DNA of 64,000 nt from Azolla caroliniana (GCA_043228905.1 JBHGNT010000007.1:13764001-13828000); one strand, 5' to 3'. Shown: positions 14,092 to 26,602, counted from the first letter of the stretch. The notes: generated by a model not told the origin, from the sequence alone. Numbers and translations are program-made.

Positions 14092-14158
14092 TGTCGTGAA
14101 GATTTTCGGCAATGGTGTGAAAATTGTGTGCAATGAACGAAATCGAGAAGGTGCACGT
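14092..14158 (+). repeat. Left TIR of C, outer part (continues 30789-30848 after D)
   Basis: TGTCGTGAAGATTTTCGGCAATGGTGTGAAAATTGTGTGC... is the reverse complement of the end at 34976. Confidence 0.9.
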
Positions 14159-14776
14159 TGTCGTGAAGAAAACCGGCCATAGGCGGAATCGGAGAGAAAG
14201 CGCGTAAACCGGCCCTTACACGGATGGACGCGTGACTTGACATTTTGTACACGAACCGGTGGGTGTAAATATGAAGCCGCACGCATTTATTAGGGGGGGA
14301 TTGTGCGTATCCCGGTCAGGGGGACAAGGAATAAAGGGAAGAGGACAAGGGAAAACGAATATCGCGCGCGAGGAGGAGGAAGGAGGTTGCTGCAGAACGG
14401 AAGGCGGAGCTCTCTCTCTTTGACTCGAATCGTCGCTCTCTGCGGGTGTTAGGAGGTCGCTGCTTCTGCTTCATGGATAGCCCGTGCTTCCAGTAGAGTC
14501 GCTCCCCTTCCCCTTTTGTTTCCTTGAGTCGGTGACTGTTGTCGGTGTGCGTGAGTAGGGTCCCCGTGTCGGGCCCGTTGCTGCTTTATCGGTTGTAACT
14601 ATCAGAGTTTGTAATCTCTGTCATTATAATTAAGTGTTACGTTATGTTTCTCTCTTTCTCGCTTCTACGTATTGGTGAATCTTTCTCTCTCTCTGTCTCT
14701 CTCTCTCTCTCGCTCCTCAGTCCAAGACCCCTGTGGTCCCGCCCCTTTCTACACGTACGCGCGTAACAACGCGACA
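14159..14776 (+). repeat. 5' LTR of D
   Basis: TGTCGTGAAG...CGCGACA; about 24 substitutions versus 30167-30784 by eye, almost all transitions. Confidence 0.95.
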
Positions 14777-14780
14777 TCTT

Positions 14781-14797
14781 TGGTGAACCCGACGTGA
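14781..14797 (+). promoter_or_regulatory. PBS complementary to tRNA-Trp
   Basis: TGGTGAACCCGACGTGA is the reverse complement of the plant tRNA-Trp 3' end UCACGUCGGGUUCACCA. Confidence 0.85.
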
Positions 14798-14820
14798 AAG
14801 GGCGGCAAAGGAGTCGAAAG

Positions 14821-16211
14821 ATGAGGAGATCGGAGCTAGCAGAGGCAATGGCAGTGGCCGTCGACCGGCTAGTGAGCGCTCGTGAGGGAACGGGTACCCT
14901 CGACAGAGCCATTGAATCGATCGTCGGCTCTATAGGCCGTTTCGGAGGGAAAGACGCCACAAGTTATTTCGAGGCTTACCGGGCCGAAATGATCATGAGG
15001 GATATCCCGGTGGACAGGCGGCTGTCCGGATTCCCTCGGGTGGTGACGCTGGGCATCCATGCGGAGGTGCTCGAGGTGTTGGCCGGATGCCAGACTTGGG
15101 AGGAGTTCGAGCTGCAGCTCCTCGAGAAGTACAGGTTTGACGACTCGCTCCGGCTGTCGAGGCGGGACTTCATGGCGTGGGTGGAAAGCCCCGGAAAAGG
15201 GAGGAACACGTCGGTGCTCCTCCAGGAGTTCGAAAAACGGTTCGCGCTGATGTTGACGCTGGACCAGACGGTGCTCGAAACAAGTCGAGTACTACTGTTT
15301 GTTAACTCGATGGATGCGCTTGACAGGGAAAAGGTGGGGCCCCTATTGGAAACAGACGAAGGGCTCACGACGGACTGGGCCGTGGTAAAACGGGTTTGCA
15401 ATCGTTTCGACAAACGGCGCGATTGGAGCGACGGAAGCACGGCGGGGTCGGGGCTGGTCCCGGGGAGGAGGCTCGAGGAGCCGGTTTCGGTGCCGGCTGG
15501 GAGGAAGGAAGAGACCCGAATTTGGCCGGAGTCGGGGTCGGCATCGAACGATGTGGTCAGAGGCCCATCCGGAGGAGCTAACATAGATGGTGCGCGACCT
15601 ACAGATCGCACAGGCCCGGAGAGACAACGGTGAACAACCTCGCGACCGGAGGCCGCCGGCTGGGCAGTGGTGCATGTGGTGTGACGCGATCGGTCACATT
15701 CGGAAGGACTGCGCGGATTTCGCCGACGCGCTCAGGACCAACGTGGTGTACCTCTGGAACGGGCGGGTGCACGCGAGCGAGAACCGGAGAGCCCTGGAAC
15801 TGAATACGGGGCGCGGTGGAATGAAGAGGTTGATGGAAGAGGCCGCGACACGGCAAGTCGAAGCCGTTAACTACTCAGTGTCGGCGGGAATTTGGGTCGG
15901 GGGTGATGAGACCCGGAAGGCGAAGGACTCCGGATTCTGGCCGCTAGTGCTAGAAGGCCTCTCCGGAGTTCGGTTGAGGAAGGAAGAGGCGGACCGCGTG
16001 GAATAGCGGGTTCAGGAGGTCACCAGTTGGGACGATCCGGTGGAAGAGAAAACGGGCTTCGTAGAAGCCACTTGCCAGAACTACGAGGTTCTGGTGGAGG
16101 ACAAATGGGAAGGAAAGGCCGGAGGGGTTGGGCCCTCGAGGTATGAGACCCGGTTCAGGCCGAAACCGACCGGTGTCAGCAACCCAGGTGTGCCAGATGG
16201 GAAGAAGCAGG
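14821..16211 (+). pseudogene. gag: D gag, N-terminal part (resumes at 26349-26612 after E)
   Basis: ORFs 14794-15633 and 15587-16006; knuckle CMWCDAIGHIRKDC; frameshift near 15585 and stop at 16004. Confidence 0.85.
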
Positions 16212-16644
16212 TGTTGGCCGGTCAGAAGAGCAAGGACAAGTGGGAAGGCGGAATCGGATCGGATAATAGGAAGTAATAGTAGAATTATTATTCGGAGGGA
16301 CGGATTCGGTACAGTTGTACCGATCCAGATCTGAACCGATTCGGATGTCGGTTGCCTAAGCGCACCGATTGTAACCTTGCCGGATGCCTATAAAAGGATC
16401 CGATGATTTGTAAAGTGTTTTGACGGAAGTAATACAATAGTAATTGTCGTGTATTTATCTGTATCTTGTATTGTTTGCCGTCCGTGTATTTGTTGCGTGT
16501 TTATCTTTATCTTTGTATTGTTTTACCGTCTGTGCTTAGTGTAATCATCTTACGCGTGTAACCTAGCATCCAATCCTTACCACCCCTTTGGAGAAGTGTC
16601 GGGTAGACACCTGTGTTGAGGCTAGTCCGGCCAGACAGACAACA
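16212..16644 (+). repeat. 5' LTR of E
   Basis: TGTTGGCC...GACAACA; nearly identical to the 3' LTR apart from an extra 47-bp internal duplication. Confidence 0.95.
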
Positions 16645-16696
16645 TTATTTTGGCGACCACGATTCCTGCAAAGTGCAAAGGACAACCGGGGGATGG

Positions 16697-19600
16697 ATGT
16701 CTAGACCAAACGACGACCACATCACCGAACGAGGGAGATGATACACCGAACGCGAGCAACGACGGGAAGCCCTGCAGCAAGCCGTCGACGAGATCCGGCG
16801 GGATCGGTCATTCTCCAAAACTCTTCAGAGAGTCGCAGAAGAAGCACTACAGTTCTGGGTTCTGCAAATCCCCGACGAAGGCAGTAGCATAACAAGCCTG
16901 CAAGAGGCGGAAACGATACTGCAGACGCTCGCCGCGGGCGACGGGGACTCGGAAGCATTCGCAACAGTTGAGGCGGAGTCGGAAAGCGACGGAAGCGTTG
17001 CATCCCGGTATAAAAGCAGCCACGACACACCAAACGACCGGGAGGACGAGGGGTCGGAGGACTCAGTAACACCGGCGCCAGAGGAAGAAATAACCCTGGA
17101 ATTCGGTGACCGGCAACCGCCGAGGAAGGCTGACCGGATATCGACAACACCCGCGGAGGAACCAACGGACCGGACACCGGCAACACCCGCGGAGGAACCA
17201 AAGGTTCTCACACCAACGCCAACAACGGATAGGGAACAGGAGAGTCAGTTGGACGACACGATGCCGTACCCATACCCAAAGTACCGGGATGAGGCCGACG
17301 CGGAGGCACACGTGTACGCATTCCTCCAAACATGGGAAGCCAACCATATCTCCCAAAGACTGACGGAGCCCGAAGCCGAACGATCCAAAATCGCCGAATT
17401 CGGCATAACCTTAGAAGGACCGGCTGCCCAATGGCACGCAAAGCACTTACCAGGCACCTTTGCCACATTCGATGCCTTGAAGGCCAGATTCCTCAGGTTT
17501 TTTCACAGACAATTTGAGCGAAGGGAATTGGTCGGGCATTTCTACACCACCCGGCAGGAAGAAAACGAGACTATGCCCCAATTCATCATTCGGTTCCAGA
17601 CCCTGCACAGCCAACTGACAAGAGCACCACCCGAAGACGAAGCCAAAGCAGTCTTTCTGGCCGCACTGAAAGAGCCACTTCGAACAATGTGCGGAGTCCT
17701 TGATTTCCAAACCAGCACAATGGACCAAGTTATTGATCGGGTTTTAGAAATGGACAAGACTAGCCCCTTCTTGTCGATGGGGATGTTACACCGGGCACTC
17801 CCAAAAGAGGAAGACCTGAGGTTCCGACAGGCCTTACAATGTACAACATGCCTAAATTCGGGGCACTCAACAGTAGACTGCACCCTGCGGACACAATGTG
17901 TGATCTGCAACTCTCGATCCCATACAACGGACCGATGCGAATACAACCTGTTAAATCGGCAGGCAGCACCGGTTCGACACATAGAACCGCGCAATCAGAA
18001 CCCGGACGAGGATCGATTCCGGAGAGACGACCGCTACCAACGCGAACGCGGTAACAGATATGCTGATAGAAGACGCGACAACTATGACCGAGAGGAGAGA
18101 CGCAGAGATAGCTACCCCCGGGACCGGTATGACAGAGACGAATCCCCGGAAGACGACAGACGCGGAGAGGAGAGGCGACAAGGATACGCTGATAGAAGAC
18201 GCGACAACTATGACCGAGAGGAGAGACGTAAAGAAAGCTACCCCCGGGACCGGTACGACCGAAACGGAGCCCCGGAATACGACCGACGCGGAGAAGAGAG
18301 GCGACAAGGGAACCGAAATTTCCGACGGAATCAGAAGCGTGGATTTTTCCGAAGAGAGGAACGTCGGGAGGCAGCAAGGAATGACAACCCGGTATCGGTA
18401 CCGGATAACCGAAAAACCGAAGACGACCGCCGGAGCATACCCACCCTCCAAACCGGGGACAAAGGAGAAACGAGCAATAGTCACAAGGTGTACTGTTATT
18501 ACTGCCGCAAGGAAGGCCACTATAGTAACCAATGCCCAAGCAAAAGCTATGACAAGCAGCCGGAAGTCAACATGGTTACAGCCGAAATAACAGAAGTACA
18601 GCAGGTCACAACCCGGTCAAAGAGAAAGACCGCCGAGTGGGAGGCCCAGGAGGCAATCAGAAAACAGGCGACACAATGGATCAAGGAGGCCAATGAACAG
18701 AATGCGGCAGAAGTAAGAGACCAAAATATGCCAAAAGACGAAGAAATCATACAGCCAGGCGAGAACCCGACGTGGCAAGCGCTACAGGACTATCAAATCG
18801 TGCTGCCGTTAGCACGACTACTACAGTTAGTGCCACGATTTACGACAGACCTATAGGCATCTGTCAGAAAACCGAAGCCGACGCCAGCACCGGCATTCTT
18901 CTCCAACCCGGAGGAAGGACCAGCGGTGGTCGATACAAGTAGCCCGGCAATCACGACAATCGTGAAAGGAAAGGAAATTGCTGGAACGATTATTGACGGA
19001 GGCTCCGGGGTAAATGTCATCAGCCAACAGACATGCAATGACCTGGGCATCCGGGAATGGGAACCATGCCCCTTCTGGTTACGCATGGCGGATACTAGCT
19101 CAGTCCGACCGACCGGGCTTATCCGGGATTTGGAAATCACGATCGGAGGCCACGTATTCCGGATATCGGCCGTGGTGCTGCAGCTGAATGTACAAGGCGC
19201 GTACCCCCTACTGCTAGGACGACCATGGCTGCGAACGGCGCATATCAAGCAGAACTGACAAAAGAACATGATCACATTCCGGCGAGGGAAAACAAAGGTA
19301 CGAGTAACGACGCAACCATGGGTGATCACCAGTAAGGAAGCAACTCCATTGTATGCGGAAAGCATTAACATGTTGGAGGGATTACCGGACGAGGAAGTCG
19401 AGTGGTACCTAGAGGAACACCCACGAATCGTCCCACTATTTGAGGTGGATATTACGGTGGCAGTAGAACCGTACATTACGACGCCGGAAGAACCGGACCA
19501 AGCGGCGATCCGGGAACTACGACAAGCGCAGGAATCCCTAGAGAGGGAAATGACGATATCCCAGAGGGTAAAAGCATCCCAACTCGAGGAGGTGGACCTC

Positions 19601-22414
19601 GGCACAGCAGACAAGCCCCGACCAGTAAATGTTGCAAAGGAATTGCCGAAGGAAGAAAAGAAGGCAATGGTAGCATTGTTAACAGACTTCAAGGATGTGT
19701 TCGCGTGGTCGTACGAAGACATGCGAGGGCTGGACCCCCAACTCTATCAGCACCAAATTCACCTAAGTACGGACGCGAAACCGATTGCTCAACGCAGGTA
19801 CCGGATGAATCCGAATTATGCGGCAAAGGTGAAGGAGGAAATTGATAAGCTCCTCCGGGTCGGATTTATCCGACCGGTCAAGCAGGCAACCTAGCTGAGT
19901 CCGATAGTGGTGGTCCCGAAAAAGAACGGAAAAATCCGGGTATGCGTGGACTACCGAAAACTAAATGCCGCAATAGTGACCGATGCGTTTCCACTACCAT
20001 TTACGGACGGGGTGTTAGATGCAGTAGCCGGGCACGAAGTTTACAGCTTCTTGGATGGATTTAGCGGCTACAACCAAATACGAATGAACCCGGCCGACCA
20101 AGAGAAGACAGCGTTCGTGACGGAATGGGGAGTGTTCGTCGCGGTCGTGATGATGTTCGGACTAAAGACGGCTCCAGCGACCTTTCAAAGGATAATAATG
20201 GAAATTTTCGGGGAATATATCCCCGGTTTTATGCAGGTCTTCCTTGACGATTTCGCGGTCTACAGCCGGCACGGAGAGCATCTCGATCACCTCCGGCTGT
20301 GCTTGGAGAAGTGCCGCGAGTACCGATTGAGCCTGAATCCGGCCAAGTGCGTCTTTGGAGTGGCAAGCGGCAACTTGCTAGGGCACGTGGTGAGTAAGGA
20401 AGGAATCGCGGTAGATCCGGATAAAGTCAAGGCGATTCTCGATGCACCAGCACCAAGTAACGCAAAGGCTTTAAGCCGGTTCCTGGGCCAAATAAGGTGG
20501 CATAGCCGGATGATACGGCACCTCGCGGACTTCGCTACACCGTTACATACCGCCGTACATAGGGTACCCTTCCTATGGGCAGAGACGGAGGAGGAAGCCT
20601 ACAAAGCGTTGAAGGTCATGCTGTCGCAAGCTCCGGTGGTGCAACCGCCGGATTGGAGTAAAAGTTTTCACGTCTTCGTCGATGCGTCGGACGTAGCAAT
20701 CGGCAGCGTTCTGATGCAACTCACAGAGCCGAAATGGTACCGACCGGTGTACTACGCAAGCCGGAAACTCTCAAAAGCCGAACGGAATTACTCTACGACG
20801 GAACGCGAGGCATTGGGAATGGTGTATAGTGTCACAAAGTACAGGCACTATCTGCTCGGAAGGAAGTTTTCCTTCCATGTCGACCATTCGGCACTACTCT
20901 ACCTGGTCTCGAAGGCATCCCTGATGGGAAAAATTGCACGGTGGACACTGCTACTACAGGAATTTGAATTCGACATTTTCCACCGACCCGGGGCGCAGCA
21001 TGCGGTAGCGGACTATCTAAGCAGACTTGAATCCGGAGAAGCAGGGGACGGCGTCCAGGATGAGTTTCCCGACGCCGAATTGTTCCGGATCACGACGAAA
21101 CCGGCAACGGATACAACGGTAGCCGACGAAGACACATGGCTAACTGAGATGCACCAGTTCCTGAGCACCGGAGTTCCCCCGGACAACATGGACCGCGATG
21201 AAAGGAAAAGGGTAGCAGTAAGAAGTAGACATTTCTGCTTGGTTGGAGACACCCTCTATCACAAGGGGGCAGATGGCATATGGAGGCGAGCAGTGCGGAG
21301 CGATGAGAAGGATCTAATCCTCAGGGAAGCCCACTGTGGAATTGCCGGCGGGCATTATGCCGGCGACGCAACCGCTCGGAAAATATGGCAGAGCGGACTG
21401 TGGTGGCCGACCACCCTAAAAGATGCCGTGAAGTATAGCAGAGAATGCGATTTGTGTCAACGACTGGGCCAAACCACAGAGCAGGCCCGGATGCCACACC
21501 ACCCGGTCTTGCCCTTAGAACCGTTTCAAAAGTGGGGGTTGGACTTTGTCGGTCCCTTCAAACCACCGGCAATGCGAACCGGAAATCGGTATGTCATAGT
21601 GGCGACCGACTATTGCACCAAATGGGTAGAAGCAAAGGCCTTACGGGACAACACGGCCGCTTCCACGGCAAAGTTTCTGTACGAATGCATATGGTGCCGG
21701 TATGGATGCCCGATCGAGCTTATAAGTGACCAAGGAGGACATTTTCTCGGGCAGGTAGTAGAAAGCCTGACGTCATTTTACGCGGTGGTACATAAAAAGA
21801 GTACACCCTACTACCCTCAAGCCAATGGACTAGCGGAATCAACGAACAAAACTCTGCAGAACATCCTACGAAAAATCGTCAACGAGAACCGGACCGACTG
21901 GGATACGAAATTGCAAAGCGCGCTATGGGCGTACCGAACAACGTACAAAAACAGCATCCGGACAACCCCGTTCCGACTAGCATTCGGGTTAGAAGCGGTC
22001 ATGCCGGTAGAGTTCCAGATCCCCAGCTTACGGATTCAGGTAAAGGAGCGCTTAAGTGAGAACGAGTCTGAACGAATCGGACTAGCAACGTTGTTGGAAT
22101 TAGAGGAAAACCGAATAGCCAACTTACTACAACTCGAACTGGAGCAAAGGAGGAGAAAAGCCTTCGTGGACCGACACCAGCGTGGCAATGAAAAGGAGTT
22201 CGAAGTCGGGAAACCGGTGCTACTATTCCAGACAAGGATGGGGAACATGCCGGGAAAGTTGCGGTTTCGATGGACCGGACCGTTCTGGATCACCAAGGAG
22301 TACAATGGGTCGTATCAGCTCCGCACGTTGTCTGGAGAGGTCATCGGCAAGTGGGCAAATGGATTTCGGCTAAAGACGTATAAAGGAAATATGCCAGCCA
22401 ACCCGTTCAAGTGA
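16697..22414 (+). pseudogene. gag-pol: E gag-pol in a single frame with four premature stops (16739, 18854, 19256, 19892)
   Basis: ORFs at 17249, 18926, 19268 and 19907 share the frame of ATG 16697; three CCHC knuckles, IIDGGSG protease, LDGFSGYNQI / FLDD RT, VDASD RNase H, HHCC-DDE integrase, WTGPF. Confidence 0.93.
18058..18310 (+). repeat. In-frame 126-bp tandem duplication in E gag (R/D-rich 42 aa x2)
   Basis: YADRRRDNYDREERR...GEERRQG occurs twice. Confidence 0.85.
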
Positions 22415-22860
22415 AACCCGGAAATCCGGCAAGAGGAAGAACCGACACCGACAGACGCTGCTGAAGACATTCGGAGCGAGGAAGAACCGACACCGATATT
22501 GACGAGGACCATCCCGGAAAACCGACAGAAGGATCCGGTATCCACACGAACCGACCCGAACAAAGTGGGGGGGACCAGCAAATGACGTGGTCCAGGCAAA
22601 AAGAAAAGAAAAGAAAAGAAAAGAAAAAGACGTGGGCAGAATCGACGCGAATCATCGCAATGACGGGGAGATCAGAAGAGGTGGGAGCGCCACCATGCAA
22701 CGAAGAGGCGCCATGCATTAAAGAAGGACGTGTGCGGACTTGCTATTTAAAGCAGGGAACGTGGGCACTCACACGCGGCAAACAAGAAAGGACATACTAA
22801 TTATGGCGGGAGAGGAACATGCGCGGGAAACGAAAAAGGACGGCTCGAGGCACAACCCAC

Positions 22861-22867
22861 TATATAA
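22861..22867 (+). promoter_or_regulatory. Candidate internal TATA box for the extra ORF of E
   Basis: CTATATAAG about 140 bp upstream of ATG 23004, within the 590-bp non-coding spacer after pol. Confidence 0.4.
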
Positions 22868-23003
22868 GACACAGGCCTGCGAAGGGCTCACGTTTTACGA
22901 ATTTTCCTACATACAGGCGCAGAAGCACAGAAGAGCGACCCGACGCACAGAGCACACACAGCGCGATCCCGAACACTAGGCAGCAGACGAAGAATTCGAA
23001 GCA

Positions 23004-25907
23004 ATGGTACTGTCGGAAGAGGCACGCCAATGGATGAGGGAGAACGGCTTGAAAGGCTTGCTGCGGATCGCCGACGCTCCACCACACGCAGAACCAGAGC
23101 AGGCGGCAGCATCGATCGATATATCAGAAGTCACGGAAGGAGCGGTGCAGGCACTCACGGGAATCAAAGCAGGAGGACTGCAAACAATCGAAAACCCTTC
23201 CAGTGAAATCCTGTTCGAATATTTCGGGGAATACTCTATCAGCAGCAAGGCGTACCGAACGCAGGGCGGAGAGAACCTGCTGTTCGGAGAAGTGGCCCGC
23301 GCTATGATGGAATACGGATTCGTGAATCCCCGTCCCCCAGCCATAGCCAAGTATCGGGCAGCATTCTTGATAGCAGCGTACGAGGGCTTACAAATAGACT
23401 GGCTCCATTTCATAACCGAAGGATTGAAGGAGGCCATCAAAAATCTGGTGGAAGGAAAAAAGCCATGGGCCGGGATAGCACAATGGCTAACGGTGTTAGT
23501 CCCACCGGTACTCCCCATCACACAAAAGAAAAGAGGTCGGCAGGAGACGACGCCGAAAAAGGTCACAAAGCGCCGACAGATCTTGGAGAAACACACCCCC
23601 GGATGGACCCCGCAAGAAGCAGAACAGCAGGGGGAAGGACCATCCCGACAGCAACAGGAACCGGCCACAAAGGCAAAACCGGCAGGTAAAGGCAAAGGGA
23701 AAGCGGCTGAGGAGGAACCGGTAGCGCGCAAACCAATCCATATAACGCTGCGACGGCCGGAACCGGAACCAGAGGTCTCTAGACAAAAGGTCCGTCTGGT
23801 ACCCGAACCGGAGGAGGAAACTGAAACAGAAGACTCATCCGAACCACTGGTAAGACTCCCAACAAGACAAGGTCGGGAGAAACGGGCGAAAGGACCGGCT
23901 CCACCAGTGGACAGAACTCAGCAGAGGGCGCAAGGACCATCTCCAGTAGCCGAGGCGGAAATAGCACCGGAACCGGTACCCAGGGAAGCAGCACCGACAC
24001 CGGTTGGGCCGGACTTCAGAAAACCGGTCATCCCAGAGAAGAAGAAGGAACGAGCGCCGGAGCCGGAGCCAGAGAAGAGGCCGGAAAATCAGCCTGGCTT
24101 AAGTGAGCAAGGCCACCCCGAAATCGGAAGAACAAAGCCACAATGGCTGAGATGGCTTTCGGAGCAGTTATCGGGAGTAGCGGACCAGTTAGAGAAAGAA
24201 GAAACGTGTCGGCAACAGCTGACGCATACAACAACGCAAGAGTTGGTCGCGCTCCGAACACAGATCGAGGAAATGCAAGGGGAGCTGTTGCAGGCAAGGG
24301 AAGGAATTCAACAAGCAAAAGCTGTCACTGAGCCGGTCGGGACAACAAGGAAGCAACCAGAACCGGAACCGGAACCGGTAGCCTTGCAAACCGGCCCTGA
24401 GACCGAAAAAATAATAGAAACCTTACGAGAGGAGTTACAAGCTCAGGAGGCATTAAGGGAAAGAGAAAGGGAGCAGCGGAAAGCGGTGGAGGATGACAGA
24501 CGAAAAATGGAAGAAGGCCTCCGGAAAGGTCGAGCCGCTAATGACCGACTGCAAGAAGAAAAAGAGAAGCTGCAGAAGGAGAAGGACCGACTACGTCGAC
24601 ATGCCGAACAAGAGATAGAACGACTGCAGGAAGAACTCCGACAACAGAAGGACCGGGACGATCGGTTAAGAGCTCAGGCAACCCGACGCCTGAAGCAGAA
24701 GACGGAGGACTTCGACCGTCTCTACAGAGATCACAAGCAGGCCGAGTCGGACAACAAAAAACGAGCAGCAGACTACGACCGGCAAATAGAGAAGCTGAAA
24801 GAGCAGCTCAAAGAGACCCGATTAGACCTGGCTAAGGCGATGGATGAGGTCAGTGCCAACAAGGAAGCATTGTCGGTGGAAATAGCCCAAGCAACGGAGA
24901 GAAGGAAGGAATTAGAGGCGCTAAGGCGGGAAAAGCTGGACCTGACCAAGATCAGGAATGAAGAAAAGGAAAAATCGACCTTCACGATCAGCAAACTGCA
25001 GAGTACCTATGAAAAGCAGAAAGCAGATTACGAGGCCCAGGCTCAGATAATGGCCGACATTATAAAACGGGCAAGGAAGGAAAAGCAGGAAGCTTATGCG
25101 CATGCTAAGGTAGGAGTTGACCGGATCAAGCTCATCATCTCAGGATGGAGTACCCGAGCTCAGGCAAGTATCAACGAAAGTACGGAAAAGCTATGGAAGG
25201 AGTGGTCACAACAGGCAGCCGAGCTGCAGACACTCCGAGCGGATGCCGAGAATCGGAAGAAGACCGGTGACAGGTTCTACAAGATGGATGAAGAAAGTAT
25301 CGTCGCCATTCGGGAGGAATTGTCGGAGGATTTCTACACTTTAGCAGAAGAACACCTCAAAGAAATCCGAGGGTTGGTAGAGAGGTTGGATGACGGGCAG
25401 CTCGCAACTCAGTTGGAGTTGGAGAGATACGAGCAGGACCGGTTACGACAGGAAGCTAAGGGAAGAACGACGCCAACCACTATTGGTGAGGGAACGCGAC
25501 CGGCTGAAGATGAACCAACTGACACCGAACAACCCCGACGAGGAATATCTGAAGACGAACTTGAAGAAGAGCAGGAGCGGACCGATGCCGGAGAAGAAGA
25601 AGAGCTGAGACCGGAAGACACCAGAGCCGAGGAAGGAGGCATATCAAGTCGACCAGTCGAGACCGGAGAAAGCGACACCGATAACAGAACAGAGCCAGGA
25701 ACGGAGGGAGAACAGGAAGAACCCGGACGAGGCGGTGAGGAAGCACAGGCACCACGGAATCAAGCAGAGTCGGAGCAGAAAATTTTTACGGAACAGCCTA
25801 CCCAACAGGAGGTCGGAGACCAGGCAGGCAAGGAACAGGAACAGGAGGAAGAAGCACCACTTGACACTATCGAGCAAAGTGTGCTCGATATTTTGGAGGA
25901 AGACTGA
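23004..25907 (+). CDS. Extra ORF of E, 967 aa: globular N-domain, Pro/Glu linker, long coiled coil, acidic tail; function unknown
   Basis: Uninterrupted ATG-TGA ORF between pol and the 3' LTR; E/K/R/Q heptad-rich middle; no obvious transmembrane stretch. Confidence 0.88.
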   Translation: MVLSEEARQWMRENGLKGLLRIADAPPHAEPEQAAASIDISEVTEGAVQALTGIKAGGLQTIENPSSEILFEYFGEYSISSKAYRTQGGENLLFGEVARAMMEYGFVNPRPPAIAKYRAAFLIAAYEGLQIDWLHFITEGLKEAIKNLVEGKKPWAGIAQWLTVLVPPVLPITQKKRGRQETTPKKVTKRRQILEKHTPGWTPQEAEQQGEGPSRQQQEPATKAKPAGKGKGKAAEEEPVARKPIHITLRRPEPEPEVSRQKVRLVPEPEEETETEDSSEPLVRLPTRQGREKRAKGPAPPVDRTQQRAQGPSPVAEAEIAPEPVPREAAPTPVGPDFRKPVIPEKKKERAPEPEPEKRPENQPGLSEQGHPEIGRTKPQWLRWLSEQLSGVADQLEKEETCRQQLTHTTTQELVALRTQIEEMQGELLQAREGIQQAKAVTEPVGTTRKQPEPEPEPVALQTGPETEKIIETLREELQAQEALREREREQRKAVEDDRRKMEEGLRKGRAANDRLQEEKEKLQKEKDRLRRHAEQEIERLQEELRQQKDRDDRLRAQATRRLKQKTEDFDRLYRDHKQAESDNKKRAADYDRQIEKLKEQLKETRLDLAKAMDEVSANKEALSVEIAQATERRKELEALRREKLDLTKIRNEEKEKSTFTISKLQSTYEKQKADYEAQAQIMADIIKRARKEKQEAYAHAKVGVDRIKLIISGWSTRAQASINESTEKLWKEWSQQAAELQTLRADAENRKKTGDRFYKMDEESIVAIREELSEDFYTLAEEHLKEIRGLVERLDDGQLATQLELERYEQDRLRQEAKGRTTPTTIGEGTRPAEDEPTDTEQPRRGISEDELEEEQERTDAGEEEELRPEDTRAEEGGISSRPVETGESDTDNRTEPGTEGEQEEPGRGGEEAQAPRNQAESEQKIFTEQPTQQEVGDQAGKEQEQEEEAPLDTIEQSVLDILEED

Positions 25908-25957
25908 GGCCGGGAGTGGATTCGAAGTGCAAGGCACTTTCCCACGGGCGTGCCATG

Positions 25958-26343
25958 TGTTGGCCGGTCAGAAGAGCAAGGACAAGTGGGAAGGCGGAAT
26001 CGGATCGGATAATAGGAAGTAATAGTAGAATTATTATTCGGAGGGACGGATTCGGTACAGTTGTACCGATCCGGATCCGAACCGATTCGGATGTCGGTTG
26101 CCTAAGCGCACCGATTGTAACCTTGCCGGATGCCTATAAAAGGATCCGATGATTTGTAAAGTGTTTTGACGGAAGTAATACAATAGTAATTGTCGTGTAT
26201 TTATCTGTATCTCGTATTGTTTGCCGTCCGTGCTTAATTGTAATCATCTTATGCGTGTAACCTAGCATCCAATCCTTACCACCCCTTTGGAGAAGTGTCG
26301 GGTAGACACCTGTGTTGAGGCTAGTCCGGCCAGACAGACAACA
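25958..26343 (+). repeat. 3' LTR of E
   Basis: Direct repeat of 16212-16644. Confidence 0.95.
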
Positions 26344-26602
26344 GCAGGCGGGGTTTCGGTTGAGCACCGAAATCGAGAGAGCAACGGACCTACGGAAGGT
26401 CCTTGAAGAGCGAATCCTCGATAGTAAAGTGGAGCTGTCGTTGCGGGAGGTGCTGGGAATCGCCAAGAGGGAGTTCCACGACTCTATCATAGACTTGGTG
26501 AAGCGGAAGAGGCTCTCGACGGAGCCGGAACCGGAGAAGCCGGTGGAAGTGCGGACCAAACCATGAGCGTAACCGTGAGGCCCTTGGCAGCTAAACCCGA
26601 GG

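Larger units (their letters stand above)
16212..26343 (+). mobile_element. Ty3/Gypsy element E (Athila-like) with extra 3' ORF
   Basis: TSD GCAGG (16207-16211 and 26344-26348); LTRs 16212-16644 and 25958-26343; PBS TGGCGACCACG 16651-16661 (tRNA-Arg type). Confidence 0.95.

Noticed and set aside
23004-25907. Calling the extra ORF env or a captured SMC/myosin gene
   Set aside because: No clear transmembrane segment or ATPase motif; coiled-coil similarity alone is non-specific.
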